DNA of 64,000 nt from Girardia tigrina. Its lineage: Eukaryota. This document shows positions 10,801-24,034 of the stretch, piece by piece. The notes under the pieces are model-generated. The model worked only from the letters and a program-made list of their open reading frames with translations, made no database searches and was not told the origin of the DNA. The DNA is taken from the NCBI GenBank assembly GCA_001938485.1, contig MQRK01219574.1, forward strand, positions 62,001 through 126,000. The letters run 5' to 3'. The translations under genes were made by a program, and so were the position numbers. Position 1 is the stretch's first letter, and each line of letters begins with the position of its first letter.

Positions 10801-13800
10801 AGTTGACATAAATGCCACAAATTACGTTTGGTGGAACAACCTCAAAGGCCACAATTATTTTTACTCTCTCTGTTTTATATATATTTTATACAAAGCATTT
10901 AAGTATTATATATTATAAATGTTATTATAATTTAACTAAAATATAAGATTAAAGTTGTATCTATTATTATTTAATATAATTTCATTATTAAATAAAGATA
11001 TCTGGCGTGGTACAGAAACCATACGAATTTAGGTATTTATATATCAACCGGAGGTCGACAAATTCTATGAATTAAATCTCGGTCTTAAAATACCAAGCGG
11101 TTGCAAATACCCTCGATTGAAATAGAATATCGTGTAAATAAATTATTTATAGATACATTACGAATAATTCTCTCATTCTAACAGACTATTTATAAAGAAT
11201 ATATTAATAATGTTAATTAATAATAATTGAGATTGTTAGATAGATGATTGTCATCTGACGGCGTGGCGGACACTTGCAGACAATTGCATACACTTCTGTG
11301 ACAGTCAATTTGTGTGTATGTGCACGTGTGTCTGTATGAGAGACTCAAATTAGAATTTGAATGATATAAACAAATAAAACCAAACCTTTGATAAAACATT
11401 GATAACCAGATTCTTATTGATTTAATCATTAAATTAGTCAAGACTTGAAAATATATTAGTCTAAATATAGTTTCATATCACAAATAATGTAGTTTTATTG
11501 AGCAGTTTGAGTAGCTATGAAATGGAAAAACATTGTGCATGATTTGAATAAATTTATTTACTTTGACAGTTCGTTAATTACGTAATCAAGTACAACTCAA
11601 ATATATGTTATTTAAACATTAGAATGCCTAGAGTAAATTAGTGGTTCCTGGTAAAAACTTCAGAATCATTTTAATTTTCGGCATAAAACTTTAACAATAT
11701 TAATTAAATTAGAAAGTTATTGCTTATATAGAAAGATGACCATTACGTCACAGTGTGTTACGTCAAAATACTCTAATATGATTGGACGAATCACTTTGCA
11801 CATTTAGACTATGTTTAAGAAACTTTATCACGAGTGCTTCAGTAATTGTCCTTTCATAATTGTGATCAAAGTTACTAATCAAAACCCGAAAATCATTATC
11901 AAATACCCTCCTTTGAGTTCCATGACATTTCACTGTGGTCCAAAATTGAGCTTTTTCTACTTGATTGGGTATGTTCTGCAATTCTAGTACGGAAGTGACG
12001 ATTTGCCTCTCCAATGTACAAGGATTCACACTTGTGACATTTATATTGGTAAACTAAATTTGCTTTCATACCCAATTGTGTTTTAAATTTATTAATTAAA
12101 GTTCGTTTTTTTAAGTAAAATCAACCATTCGCAAGATGAGCGACATCGTTCACTGGTGGAAGTTCGGATTTTCCGTCAACATGATGGAGTTTACGACTTT
12201 ATTATTAAAATTTTCTAAAACGTGTTTTGTTTGTGTTGGTGAATATTATAGAAATTGTAAGAGATAATTTGTCTTATCCTCTGATAAAGGTAAATTTTCA
12301 AATTTTTTTAAAACATTAAAATCCAAGATAACGACATTTACATCAATAAAATTGAAACTTATATCTGTTATTGAAAGTCAGAAAGGCAGTTTCATTAGTA
12401 AATAAAAAAAGTGGGTGGCGATTAAAAAAGTTGAAGAATGTTAAGACTGTACAACTGAAAATACCAAGGACAAGCATATAGATATTCGTGTTAAAAGACG
12501 GTTTGTTCATCGTCAAAGTTTATATTCTTACTTATGAAATCCTCAATTTCAATTCTCAAATTCTCTGTAATTTATTGAAATTAATAAAATGTATAGCTCT
12601 GTTGTTTAACGTATAACGCAAAATTTTAGTTTGAACAAATTGATAATGAATTTAAAATTTTGCAGGAAAACTTTGATACAGCTATGAAGCATTATTATTC
12701 AAGCATTTAAAAACTTGCTTAAATTTGCAAAGTGATTCTTCCAATTATAATAACATATTTAAAGAGGTGCAAAAATTGTAATAATTAACTAACTATTGTA
12801 AAATAGTAAGCGAGTCTTGTTTATTCATTATATTAGTACTGATGATGCCTTGCAGGCGAAACCGATATATTTGAATAAAAGTTATAATGAAATTGCTTTC
12901 TGTTTTGATTTTTTCATAATTTATAAAGTACCATCGAAAGCTTTAATATATTATTGGTGATAATTAACACTGAAACCGTTATCATAGGGATCAACATAAA
13001 GATATAAGTCATTAAAAAATTATAACGATTATTAAGTTCTGTATTCTATATAATAATTGTGAGAAGTTTTTGTAACGTCAATATAAGAATTCATTTTTAA
13101 CTCAAATTATATCTTTCTTATAAAACAAATTTTCCAACTATTTTCTTAATTAATAATTAATCCGCTGATCTCTGTTTTCAAATAATTTTTCATCCTGTTT
13201 TTTTGTTTCATCTCAATTTGTTCAAACTTACAAGCTACTCGGCCAAGATGAAGACATTGATTAAAACTGTTAAACAGTACAATGGAGAAGAGATGATGTA
13301 ATAATAATAATCTCAGATGTAATAATTATTCGTTGTGTTGAAATGTATGAATAAACAAAATTTATCCATTTTTGGAGAATTGTTAAATCTATACTAGATA
13401 ATATATATGAACCTGAAATTGTTATACATCTAAACATGAAAAGAAATTATAATACAAAAGATTTATATTGCGTCTATGCATTCTTATATTTATCTTCTCA
13501 ATGGTATAAGATATCGAATAGTATAAAAATCACTATTTATTAAACATTTGAATTATTTGTATACAAATGTTGAGATAATTTATAATGGGTCAAAATAATC
13601 TGCTTCTAATTTTTACAATAAATTACATATTTTATTAAAATAATTAATCTTTTCATATTCAATTCATTAATAGTAAGAATAGATAAATAAAACTACCTGC
13701 AGAGGATCAAGTACAATTCCTTCATCATTTTCCACTTCCTTCTTATAAATTCTCATCTCCCCTTCTTCTGCAATAATCTGCCATCCTTCCTCTGCTCGCA

Positions 13801-16800
13801 ATTCTTGTGCAGTAGGATCACAGTAAATAAGATGCTTTTTGACAACATTTTGAACTTCTTCGTATAATGCATGATCGGGAGTCATTTCCATTTGAACCAA
13901 TTGATTTTGATGTAAATATTTAAAAGCTTCGATTCGCTCATCTTCAACTATTAAAATGTTTGATATTAAATGTTTAGCAAGAAGATTGATAGAAATTGAT
14001 CAGTTTCTTTAAATTATAATTATAGATCCTTGGAATTGCTCCAAAAAAAGAACAAATATTAAAATATTCTTATAATTCTAATGTTTTCCTGTCTTGGACA
14101 CTATAAAATCCAGTAACCCCCATATTTAAATTGCACTTGTTTGAAAAGACATTGTTTTAAAATTATTAATAACCAGTCGCAAATGTATATGGACAGAGTC
14201 GATGGATTGACAGAATTGCAAGATGTAGGGCACTGCTTTGTCTACCTTCCATTTATGACCGAGGTGAATTTATAATTATTAATTAATTACTCAATTAAAT
14301 AAGTTTGTAAAAGAAATTCTATTGAGAGTTATTATTTCTTCACTTAATTCTGACAACATAATGTTTCTAGAAAGAATGATAACTTATTATCTCTCGTTTA
14401 AACCAGTTTTAAAATAATAAATAACAATAGAAAACCCATTGCGATTGTGAGACAAGAAGACCTCATAAATTAGATTATGTGAACAAAACTATTAAATTTA
14501 CAATCTTTTTGAACGGTTAATAATTGGAAAATGGAAAACAACATTCCAGAAAAAAGAAAACCTTTGATAAAATAAGATTTTAAAAACAATTTCAAAACAT
14601 CGGAGAATATTTGAGAAAATAATATTCTTTATTAAATCTTAGAGTACGGAGTGGGGACTTAAGGTCCCCCAAGATTAGTTTTTCTTTAATATTTTTTTCT
14701 CATTTTTCCTTTCGGTAGTTGATTTTTAATTTTAATCTTGTATAAAAAAATCATCAATAACTGTTAGTAGAGTAACTTTACCATGAAAAAACTAAGAACA
14801 TAGAACGAAAATTGTCAAATTAAGAAATTGGATAAACGAAGAAGATAAAGTTAAAAATCAATAATATTAATAAAAATAATAATAGTAGTATTAATAGTAA
14901 TTATAATAAAATCATCAATTTCAAAATGTTTTAATATTACCATATTTTAACATATCAACCGTCATTAACAAGTCACTGACTGATTATTTGATTCAACTGT
15001 ATATAAATGATGATTATGTAATGGATTGCATGAATATCATGTTAATTGAAAATTTGCAAATATGATGGTTGACCATTGCTTTTAGTGCAAGGTGACCTAA
15101 TTAACAATGATTCACATGATAGTCTCCAAAAAATTGTCAAAATACTAACAAGAAATCTTCAAATTATCAATTTCCATATCACATTTATATATTTTTCACG
15201 TGTCCCCAGGAATATTACTCTTACATTCCATTTAGAACATTAGTATAGTTTAAGGCATTTTTATTATAATCAAAACTTAAATTTTCTAAAGACAATCATC
15301 AACAAAACTATTGTATGCATGAAGCGTTCAAATTGATTAATAATCTGTATCTAATATATAAAATCAATTTGACATCTAAATATTCCTTTAAAATATTGAC
15401 TAAGAATTTAATATTTTTAAATTAAAATGACTAATAACTATTTAGAGACTAATAATTCGATTTATTTATTTCAAAAATTAAAAAAAAAATAAAATTAATC
15501 AAATCATTTAAAATTCTACGACGATATTAAGTTAGAAATATGTTTAAACATTAAATCTTAATTTACATTAAATAAGTTTTAGATAATCAGAATTGAAATA
15601 TTAATCAATCATTTGTGTAGACGTGACACAATATCAAACCAACACACAAAATTCAAGCACAAAACATTAGACATTCCAAAATTTACTTACACCCTCTTTA
15701 CGACTATGTTCTCGAATTAATGAATCTAATCCATTACATTTATATTCATAAACAATATCAGAGGACATTGTTAAGAGTGTAATAAATTAATGATTGAATA
15801 TATTTTGAGTTTTATGAGATTGTGATATAATTTTATGAAGTAAATTCCATAATAGTTGTTGTTATTATAGCATTTAAAAATGTGGTAACCTTTCAGAATA
15901 AGGTACTATTTAGCAATATTTTGGTTTATTATATCTATATAAGATAACTTCAATTTCCTTTTTAGAGTAATCAAAGGAAACAATACTCTAATCTTCAGAG
16001 TTGTCTTTCAAATGTTTTCTTAATGTAATCGATTATATTATAATCATTTTTCAAATGAATTGTATATACAAATGAATCGAATTCAGTGATCTGACGATGA
16101 ATGTTGATCCGTCGAAATATGTTGTCATAAAAATACATTTGGAAATAGATGACTTTTGCTCTTAACAAAAAATTTTCATCCAGCTTGCGAAAATTCTCAA
16201 ATCAAAAATTGTCGATTCATATCAAAGATTCCATGATTGATTAAAGAATGAATCTCGTCGCATAGAGAGATTTGTCACAAAGAATGAGATGTTAATTCAG
16301 ATGGAAAATTTTAGAAAACTAACTTTCATTATAAAATATAAGAAAAATAAATGTGACTTTTAAAATTGGTTTTCAACAAATAATCGAATGATCCAATTTC
16401 GATTTTATACAATGAAAATTATTTTTCAAATAAATTAAGAGGAATTAACATTTGAGGAGTGGCTTTTTTGATTATCTATACTAAATCGAATAATTATAGA
16501 GACTTTTAAAGGAAGTCATTTACATGAAAGGACTGCAAATGAGAAGATGTCACCGAAGCCATCATATTCCACACTTGTACAATTCACCTTATCCGTAAAT
16601 TTATTTTAGAAGTTTTCAAATGTTAATTTTTCAAATGGTAATATCATTCAATGTATGAAACACACAGGTGGACTGACATGGATACTATAAAAAAACCCAG
16701 TAATTGTAAAAAAATGCTATGTCGAATCAACTTTGTGAGTACATCTTGCAGTTATTTCAGATATCTTAAAATATATTCTTATTCCGCTGATATGGGTTTA

Positions 16801-19800
16801 TACATCACAATGTGATCCTCAGAAATCATTTTTATAGATTTTTACTTTTGAGCCTAAAATTATCTTTTCAATCTGTTGAATAAATTTTATGTATATCTTA
16901 AGATAGTGTTACTTTAGATCACTTTGAAAGAGTACTGCAAGAACAGATCATCACAGACAGAAATAATGTATCTACTTCTTAATGAAGACTAATTACCAAT
17001 ACCTGACACGCATACATGCCACTGGAACTGAAACTCTTAGTTTACATCAGTGGTGGGTGAACGGTCGATCTCGAGCTGTTTGATAGTAGATCGCAGACGT
17101 TTTTTTCAGATATATTTAAAATATTTATCAATAGATTTACCTGATTAAAAAAGAATCGTAAAATTAAAATGGAAATACACAAATTTTCATTAGGATTGTA
17201 AATTAAGACTCGAAATTCAACGTTTAAAATTAAAATATACTTAAGGCAGTGGTGGCCAACCTTTTTTGCGCCGCGACACCTTTTTGTAAAAGGAAAAATT
17301 TCGCGACACCCATATGCCTTTGCATTAAATTTTTGGTGAATTGTAACAAGGCGTTAGTAGTATGATAAAACAATTACTTACGCGTAAAAATCTTTTTAAA
17401 AATCACCCTAGGGTGTCGCGACACCTAGTTTGGCCACCACTGACTTAAGGTATAAATTAATGGTAATTATAATGAAATGATTGGGTTTTGTTTGAATGTT
17501 CAAAAATTTGGTGATGATTCAATGATTAAAATTAACCGTAGAGCATCTTATATTTCAAAAGTCTTCGCAACAATCTAAGTTAGCCACTGAAACATTCTAT
17601 GTGATCTTCTATCTTTTGGGAAAACATAAAAAGTCTTATCGTGACGGTGAAGTTTTCGTGATGGAAGCTTTCCTTGAGAGCAGTGAAAAATTATTTAACA
17701 GCTTTAAAAATAAAAAGAAAATTCTTAATGCAATTAAAGATTTACAACTTTCTCGCCGATCAATAACTATTTATTTTTTCACAAATCTGAGTGATAACCA
17801 CTTAATGACATCTATTAGACTGTGTATAAGTGAATACAAACCTAACTTCACAAGACTTTGCGATGAAATGGAATGCCATGCGTCAACATCCAAAAATTAA
17901 TTACACTTACCTTGTACAATATTTATGTAATTTTATAATAAAATTAATAAACATACTGTGTTATGCTTTTTCATTTCTGAAAGAGTCGATCGAAGTTAAA
18001 TATTAAGAATTTTAGTCGATCGCAGTTAAGTAATAAAAATTTGAGTCGATCATACAACGTTTAAGTGTGCCCACCCCTGGTTTACATAATAATTGCAATA
18101 TTATTAAGGAAATAAGTCAATAATCATATATTTGTTGATTTAAAATTATTTTTTATATTTTAAATATCGGAAAACCGTTCTCAATTCTAAATCATGTAGC
18201 AATAAATTCAAATCAATACCGAATATTCTCAATTATTAAGGATTCTTCAAAAAATTTTAAAATTATTAAAAGAAAGAAATAAATAAAATCGGATAAAAAT
18301 CAGTAAAGAAAGAACTAACGCTCCATCTGATCCAATTGGGCGTCAATAGCATCGAAAAACTCATCTTCACCTATTGCACAATTTGGACCTTCCTGCATGT
18401 CTGGACTTCCAACCATCAACATTTTGTTCGGATTGGTCAAGTTGACAATTATTTTGGAAGTTGATGATGGTGTAGTTGAGCAAATTCCGCTACTTGATCC
18501 ATTTATTGATGTTTTTGTTGATCCAATCTGGTTTTGTAACACTGAGAGTTCTTGAGATAATGCTCGATTCTGTTCTTCAACTTTTCGTCGTTTTTCTATT
18601 TCTCTATCTAATCGTCGACGCCACGAATCTTCTCTTTGTTGCATGATTTCAATACAATAACAAAGATTTGTTAAAATTCCAGTTGTGGTCGCCTGGAACA
18701 ACCAGTGTTGTAAAAACAAATCTATTTTTAAAATGTAAATTAACTTTAAATGTATATGCTTCTCCTTTAAAATCTAAGGCGTGTCCTCCGTGTTGCTTTA
18801 ATATTTTTTTCAAATCCTCAAAACGAGACGTGGGCTCGTATTGACTACAGTCAGCTTCTTTATAATTTACAGGAGTTACAGGTGTTGTAGTGTTTTGTAA
18901 GACTGTTGGAATTCCAGCTGATGGAGTCGATCGAAATGGGAAAAATTTAGATAGGAAACCTCTATTCTGTTGTAAGGGGGCACTGAATTGTGGTGTAGCG
19001 ACACCATCCTTGGTAGGAGTAGACGCCTTCTCCCCTAAAACTACATCGCTACCAACTGTAACTTCCTGGAGAACATAAACCAATTTTAAGAATCAAATAT
19101 TAAATTTTGTATTTTGAATTCAATATTGATACATTTTTTATATTACTATACGAATAGCCAAAATAAAATGATAAAATTTGTCATTTTAAATAATTAACTT
19201 ACAAAAATTTAATAAAAATGATCTACAAAAACTTTATACAGATAGTAAAACAATTCAGAACGACTTTATAATATTTCATTCGACAAAGGCATATTTATAA
19301 ATTTTCTAATGTCTTAAATGTTTACTTTTGTTTTCTAAAAGCGGTAAAAATATTTCTGTTTTCGGTCATTGTTTAAAAAACTTTTTAAAAATATAATTTC
19401 TAATTTAAATATTTAAATTATAATTTAATCCTTCATAGAATCAAATCCTTCTTTTGATGATCGCATTTTCGTCCAAAATACAGTACCATAAGTAAATGGA
19501 CACCTCTAGAAAATGAATATTTTGAAAAATCCATGAAAAAATAGAAATATGTAGATTGGATGCTTTAATCTTCGTTCTAGACGTCGACCTTTTGACTATG
19601 TATTATGGAATTTTTATGAGTCAACTAAACAAAGTGGTTCTAAGACAAATAATTCTTACGAAACCTAGCATAGATCATTTAACGAGTTGTTTGGATCATC
19701 ACATCCGATGATTTGGAAATTTTTAGAATTTCTGAAGAAAAAAACAGTCAAGAAATGAAGCTGAAATGAAACAATATATTGTCGGTGCAGATTTCTTTCG

Positions 19801-22646
19801 TCGTAAAAAGAAATACAAGGATAGTATGGAAAAACTTCAATGAATCATTAATGATGATGAAAATCGCAATTTACTTGATTATTAGCTAGAAATGGTTCAT
19901 AATTTGTCATTTTAAAGAACGATTTTTTTATAATTTTAATACTTAATTTTGATTTCTTGTTGCGTTTTATTATTATATATTATCATTTGGATTTTATAAT
20001 AAATATTTAAATTTTTTTTGGATATAATTATCACCACGAAATTACTGGAGCTGAAATTTCCACGACGAAATTACTGGACAACGATAAATGCTGTATCTAT
20101 TTCAACATGTTGTAAAGAAATGCATTGGGGGTTGCAGGAGACACATCAAAAACAAAAGTGAAAACAGATCCCCCCCAAGAAGACAATCGCCCATGCCTGG
20201 CTTTATTCACAGGCGAATACTGAAAGAAACAAGACTTTCGATAATAAATTGTATATAGTACAGCTTTACCGAGTAAATGATATTTTACCATAAAAAAGAC
20301 TATATCAACAAGGCTAAGTGAGCTTACTCCATGGCAATGCAAGGTTTCACAAGACAAATACCGTCAATAACTTCTTCGACACAAGACAGCGCGTTTTCTG
20401 GCAGAATGACAAAAAAATAGGTCGAAGGGTGGAAGTAGGTTGAGAACTATTGTGAAGAATATAAAATTGTTATTATCAAAATTTATTTGTTATCATTTTT
20501 CTACTTAAAAAAACGGGAACTTATGGAACAACACAATACGTTATATGACCTATGCAATTTTTATTTTATCGATAATGAAGAGTAATTTAAACTTTACGAA
20601 AATCCATACATTTTTGAGTTTACAAAAACATTTTCGTTACTTTTGAGACATTCAAATGCAGCTAAGCAATGATGTCGATTACTTCATTGTCTTTTGTCAA
20701 TATTATCTTTATTTGTTTAACACTGGCAATTAATAATCGTGATTCATATTAAAAGATTGGATTTCTTTATTTTATTTTGTTAAAAGATTTATTCCGACAA
20801 CACCATCTCCAAATCAAACTCAAATTTGTAGAGAAAAAGACGAATAATCTCACAATAAATCTCCTACAAGTACTGTTCATGAACTCTATTGTCCTTGTCC
20901 ATAAATATTTCTCTCATTTGGAGTAACAAATGACACGCTTGTCGCTTCCATTTCATTCCTCTATGTAATTTATTGCTGCTTAAAAAGTACGGAAAACAAA
21001 ACTAGAAAATCAAACATTGTTTAATACATTTGCATTTCAAAAAGATGAAGAAAGAGTTTGCATAAGAAAACAAATATCTAATAAACATGTTATGGTTGAT
21101 ACGATTAAATATATATTGATATAATGTTTAGAGAAATATATAACATAGTTATTAATTATTAAATCCAGTATTCCTGGAAGAGTGATCGAAGTACATTGAC
21201 AAGAAAAAACATTGAACTTTTCACAAAATGAGACTTAACGGAAAAATATATGTATTAATAACAATTAACGTTGTAGTGTTTTAAATCAAGAAAAATCGCA
21301 AAACAATTTTACCGGCATATTTTCTCGAGCGTCTTCGAAAATAGTCCCATTATTGGTTGATTCAATCTGGCCGTTACTGATGATAGTGGTCATGGGCATC
21401 GATGTTTCTGAACCGACCGAGTCTGAAGAGACACTCACCCCGTCTGAAGAGTTATGCCGCCGAGAATCTAGGCCAATCCTGTAATCATTACCGAGAGAAC
21501 AGTCATGCTCGTCTGATTCGTGATCATCTATTAGAAATCTTTCCAATTTGTCATAAACAGAATCCCTAACGATTGCCGAACAAGTGTCAAAATAATTTTG
21601 CAAAGATTCCACTTGTCTACATAAGATCTCTCTGAAAAGCAATTCATTTTTCAAATTATATTACAAACAAATTGCAAGATGAAAATATAAAACCATTAAA
21701 AATATTATTTGAATCAAAAATAAAGAAAACAATTTATTAAACCACAATTTCAAGATAAAAAGGGTAGTAAATACTTCATTCATACTTCTCAAAATCCTTT
21801 GAACAATCGGATTCCTATTATTCAATATAACGGAAAACTCTAATAATTTTAAATCGGTAATTTATTTCTAATATCCATAAATAATTACCATTAGCGTATC
21901 CATCGTACATATTGAAAATTTCATAAAACGCATTTACGGTAAATACAAATGATATTCCTACAATTCTCTCGCAAAAGACAATTTTTCATATCTCAAACAG
22001 CACTTACATGATATTTCTTTTCAGTTTTGATTTACATAAATCACTCTGAGAATATTTTTCCCTTTCCTAGTTATATCAATATTTGAATTCATAAATAGCA
22101 CAATTAAATTATCGAAATCGGGATCAGAGAAACAAAAACTAACTCCAAATATCCGGTTTTTTAAGAATCTCTATAGTTTTTAACATTTAGATCAAAAACT
22201 TTTCTATTTTTATGTCTAAGGTTGTATTTTCTGTTATGTATATTCTCAATCACATTGTATGGGTCTTCATATCTGTCTTTTTCCTATACTCTGGTGTTTA
22301 CCTTGACTAACACTTCTCCAGTCTCGAACTTTCTCTTGACTAGTAGGTCTGCAATATCGCTTTCCTGATTCACCTGTATGTCTCGACTAAATATATATAT
22401 TCTCGGACAATTAGAGAATATTTAAATGTATTGTTGCAAGAAAAAAACATGGACAGATTCAGAAGATATAATTCACGAGAGATATAATTCACACTAAACT
22501 CACCATTTCAAAAGACAATATGAAAGAGCACAGTGAATGTTATATTTAAAAAAAGAATATACCGAGAAAGATGACAGGATTGACCTGATGATGGGATTGT
22601 TATCTTGAAAAGCATTGTCTTCTTTTTATCCATTGAGTATGTATAA

Positions 22647-22690
<44 letters not shown>

Positions 22691-24003
22691 GGTTGTCAAC
22701 TAAGTTTTTTCCAATGCATTTGTCGTTGTATCTGGAGATCTATGACTGCTAAGAAATCCAAATTTGGTGTGCATATTGTACGATTAATACACATTATAAC
22801 TATCAAAAGTTTATTAATATTTATTTCAGTTTACATAATAAAAATGTAATAAATTAAAAATCGTTTATTTAGAATAATACGATATTACAATATTTTGCCA
22901 TCTTTCAAATTAAACTATGAATTTCAACAGAGAAGACATGAGAAAACTTATTTTCTATTGTTGGAAGCGTAAGTTATCAGCTGCAGACATTAAAAAAGAG
23001 ATAAACAGCACACTTGGAGAAGGAACAAGTATGTCACATACATGTTCCAACTGGGTAAAGAAATTCGAGAACGGTAACTTCGAGGTAAATGAAAAAGTTC
23101 GCAGTGGGCGACCTTCTTATAAGGTGGCTGCAGATATAGAACGAATTCTAGAGGAAAACAAATTTGCCACAACGAGATTCATTGGTCAAGAAATTGGAAT
23201 TAGCCACGAAGCAGAGAGAATCTCATGAAAATGAACAAACGTTACCTCGCCAACGTGTAGGTTCCATATGTTTTAACAGAAGCTGCTAAGGAAAAGAAAA
23301 TATTTGTGTGTGAAGAACTGCTTGCTATGTACCGCAGCAACAATTTCCTGCACCGTATAGTGACTGTGGATGAGATGTGGGTATTCTGGGAGAATACATC
23401 CTCATACACTCACAAATCTTGGCGTGGTAGTGGCGATGAGCCTGCTACAGAATCCAAAGTGAGGTTAACTACGAGGAAGCATCTGGCTACAGTCTTCTGG
23501 GATTCGAAAGGTGTGATCTTGATGGATGTGTTAGAAAATGGAAAAACCATGACGGCAACATACTATTGCAGTTTGCTGGAAAAGCTAAAGACAGCTATCC
23601 TGGTAAAACGACGACGGAAAACCACGTAAGGTTTTCTGTGCCTTCTTCAGGACAACGCATGTCGACATACGGCACATCTCGCCCAGGCCAAGATTGCCGA
23701 AATGCATCTAAACATCCTGCCATATCCCCCCTATTCGCCGGATCTGGCTCCTTCACCAATGAAAGGTGCTTTTAAAGGTCAGAACTGTGCATCTTCTGAG
23801 GAGGTTCAGGAGAAACTTCAGGAGTGGTTGAACACCAAGGCCGGATCCTTCTTCGATAATGGTATCAATAAGTTACCAGGACGTTGGCAACGTTGCATTG
23901 ACAATAATGGCTGCTATTTTGAACACTTGGCTGGTGATGATGAATGATTGGACATTATATTTGATAGTTTTTGTTATTTTCGGAAAAAACTTAGTTGACA
24001 ACC

Positions 24004-24034
<31 letters not shown>

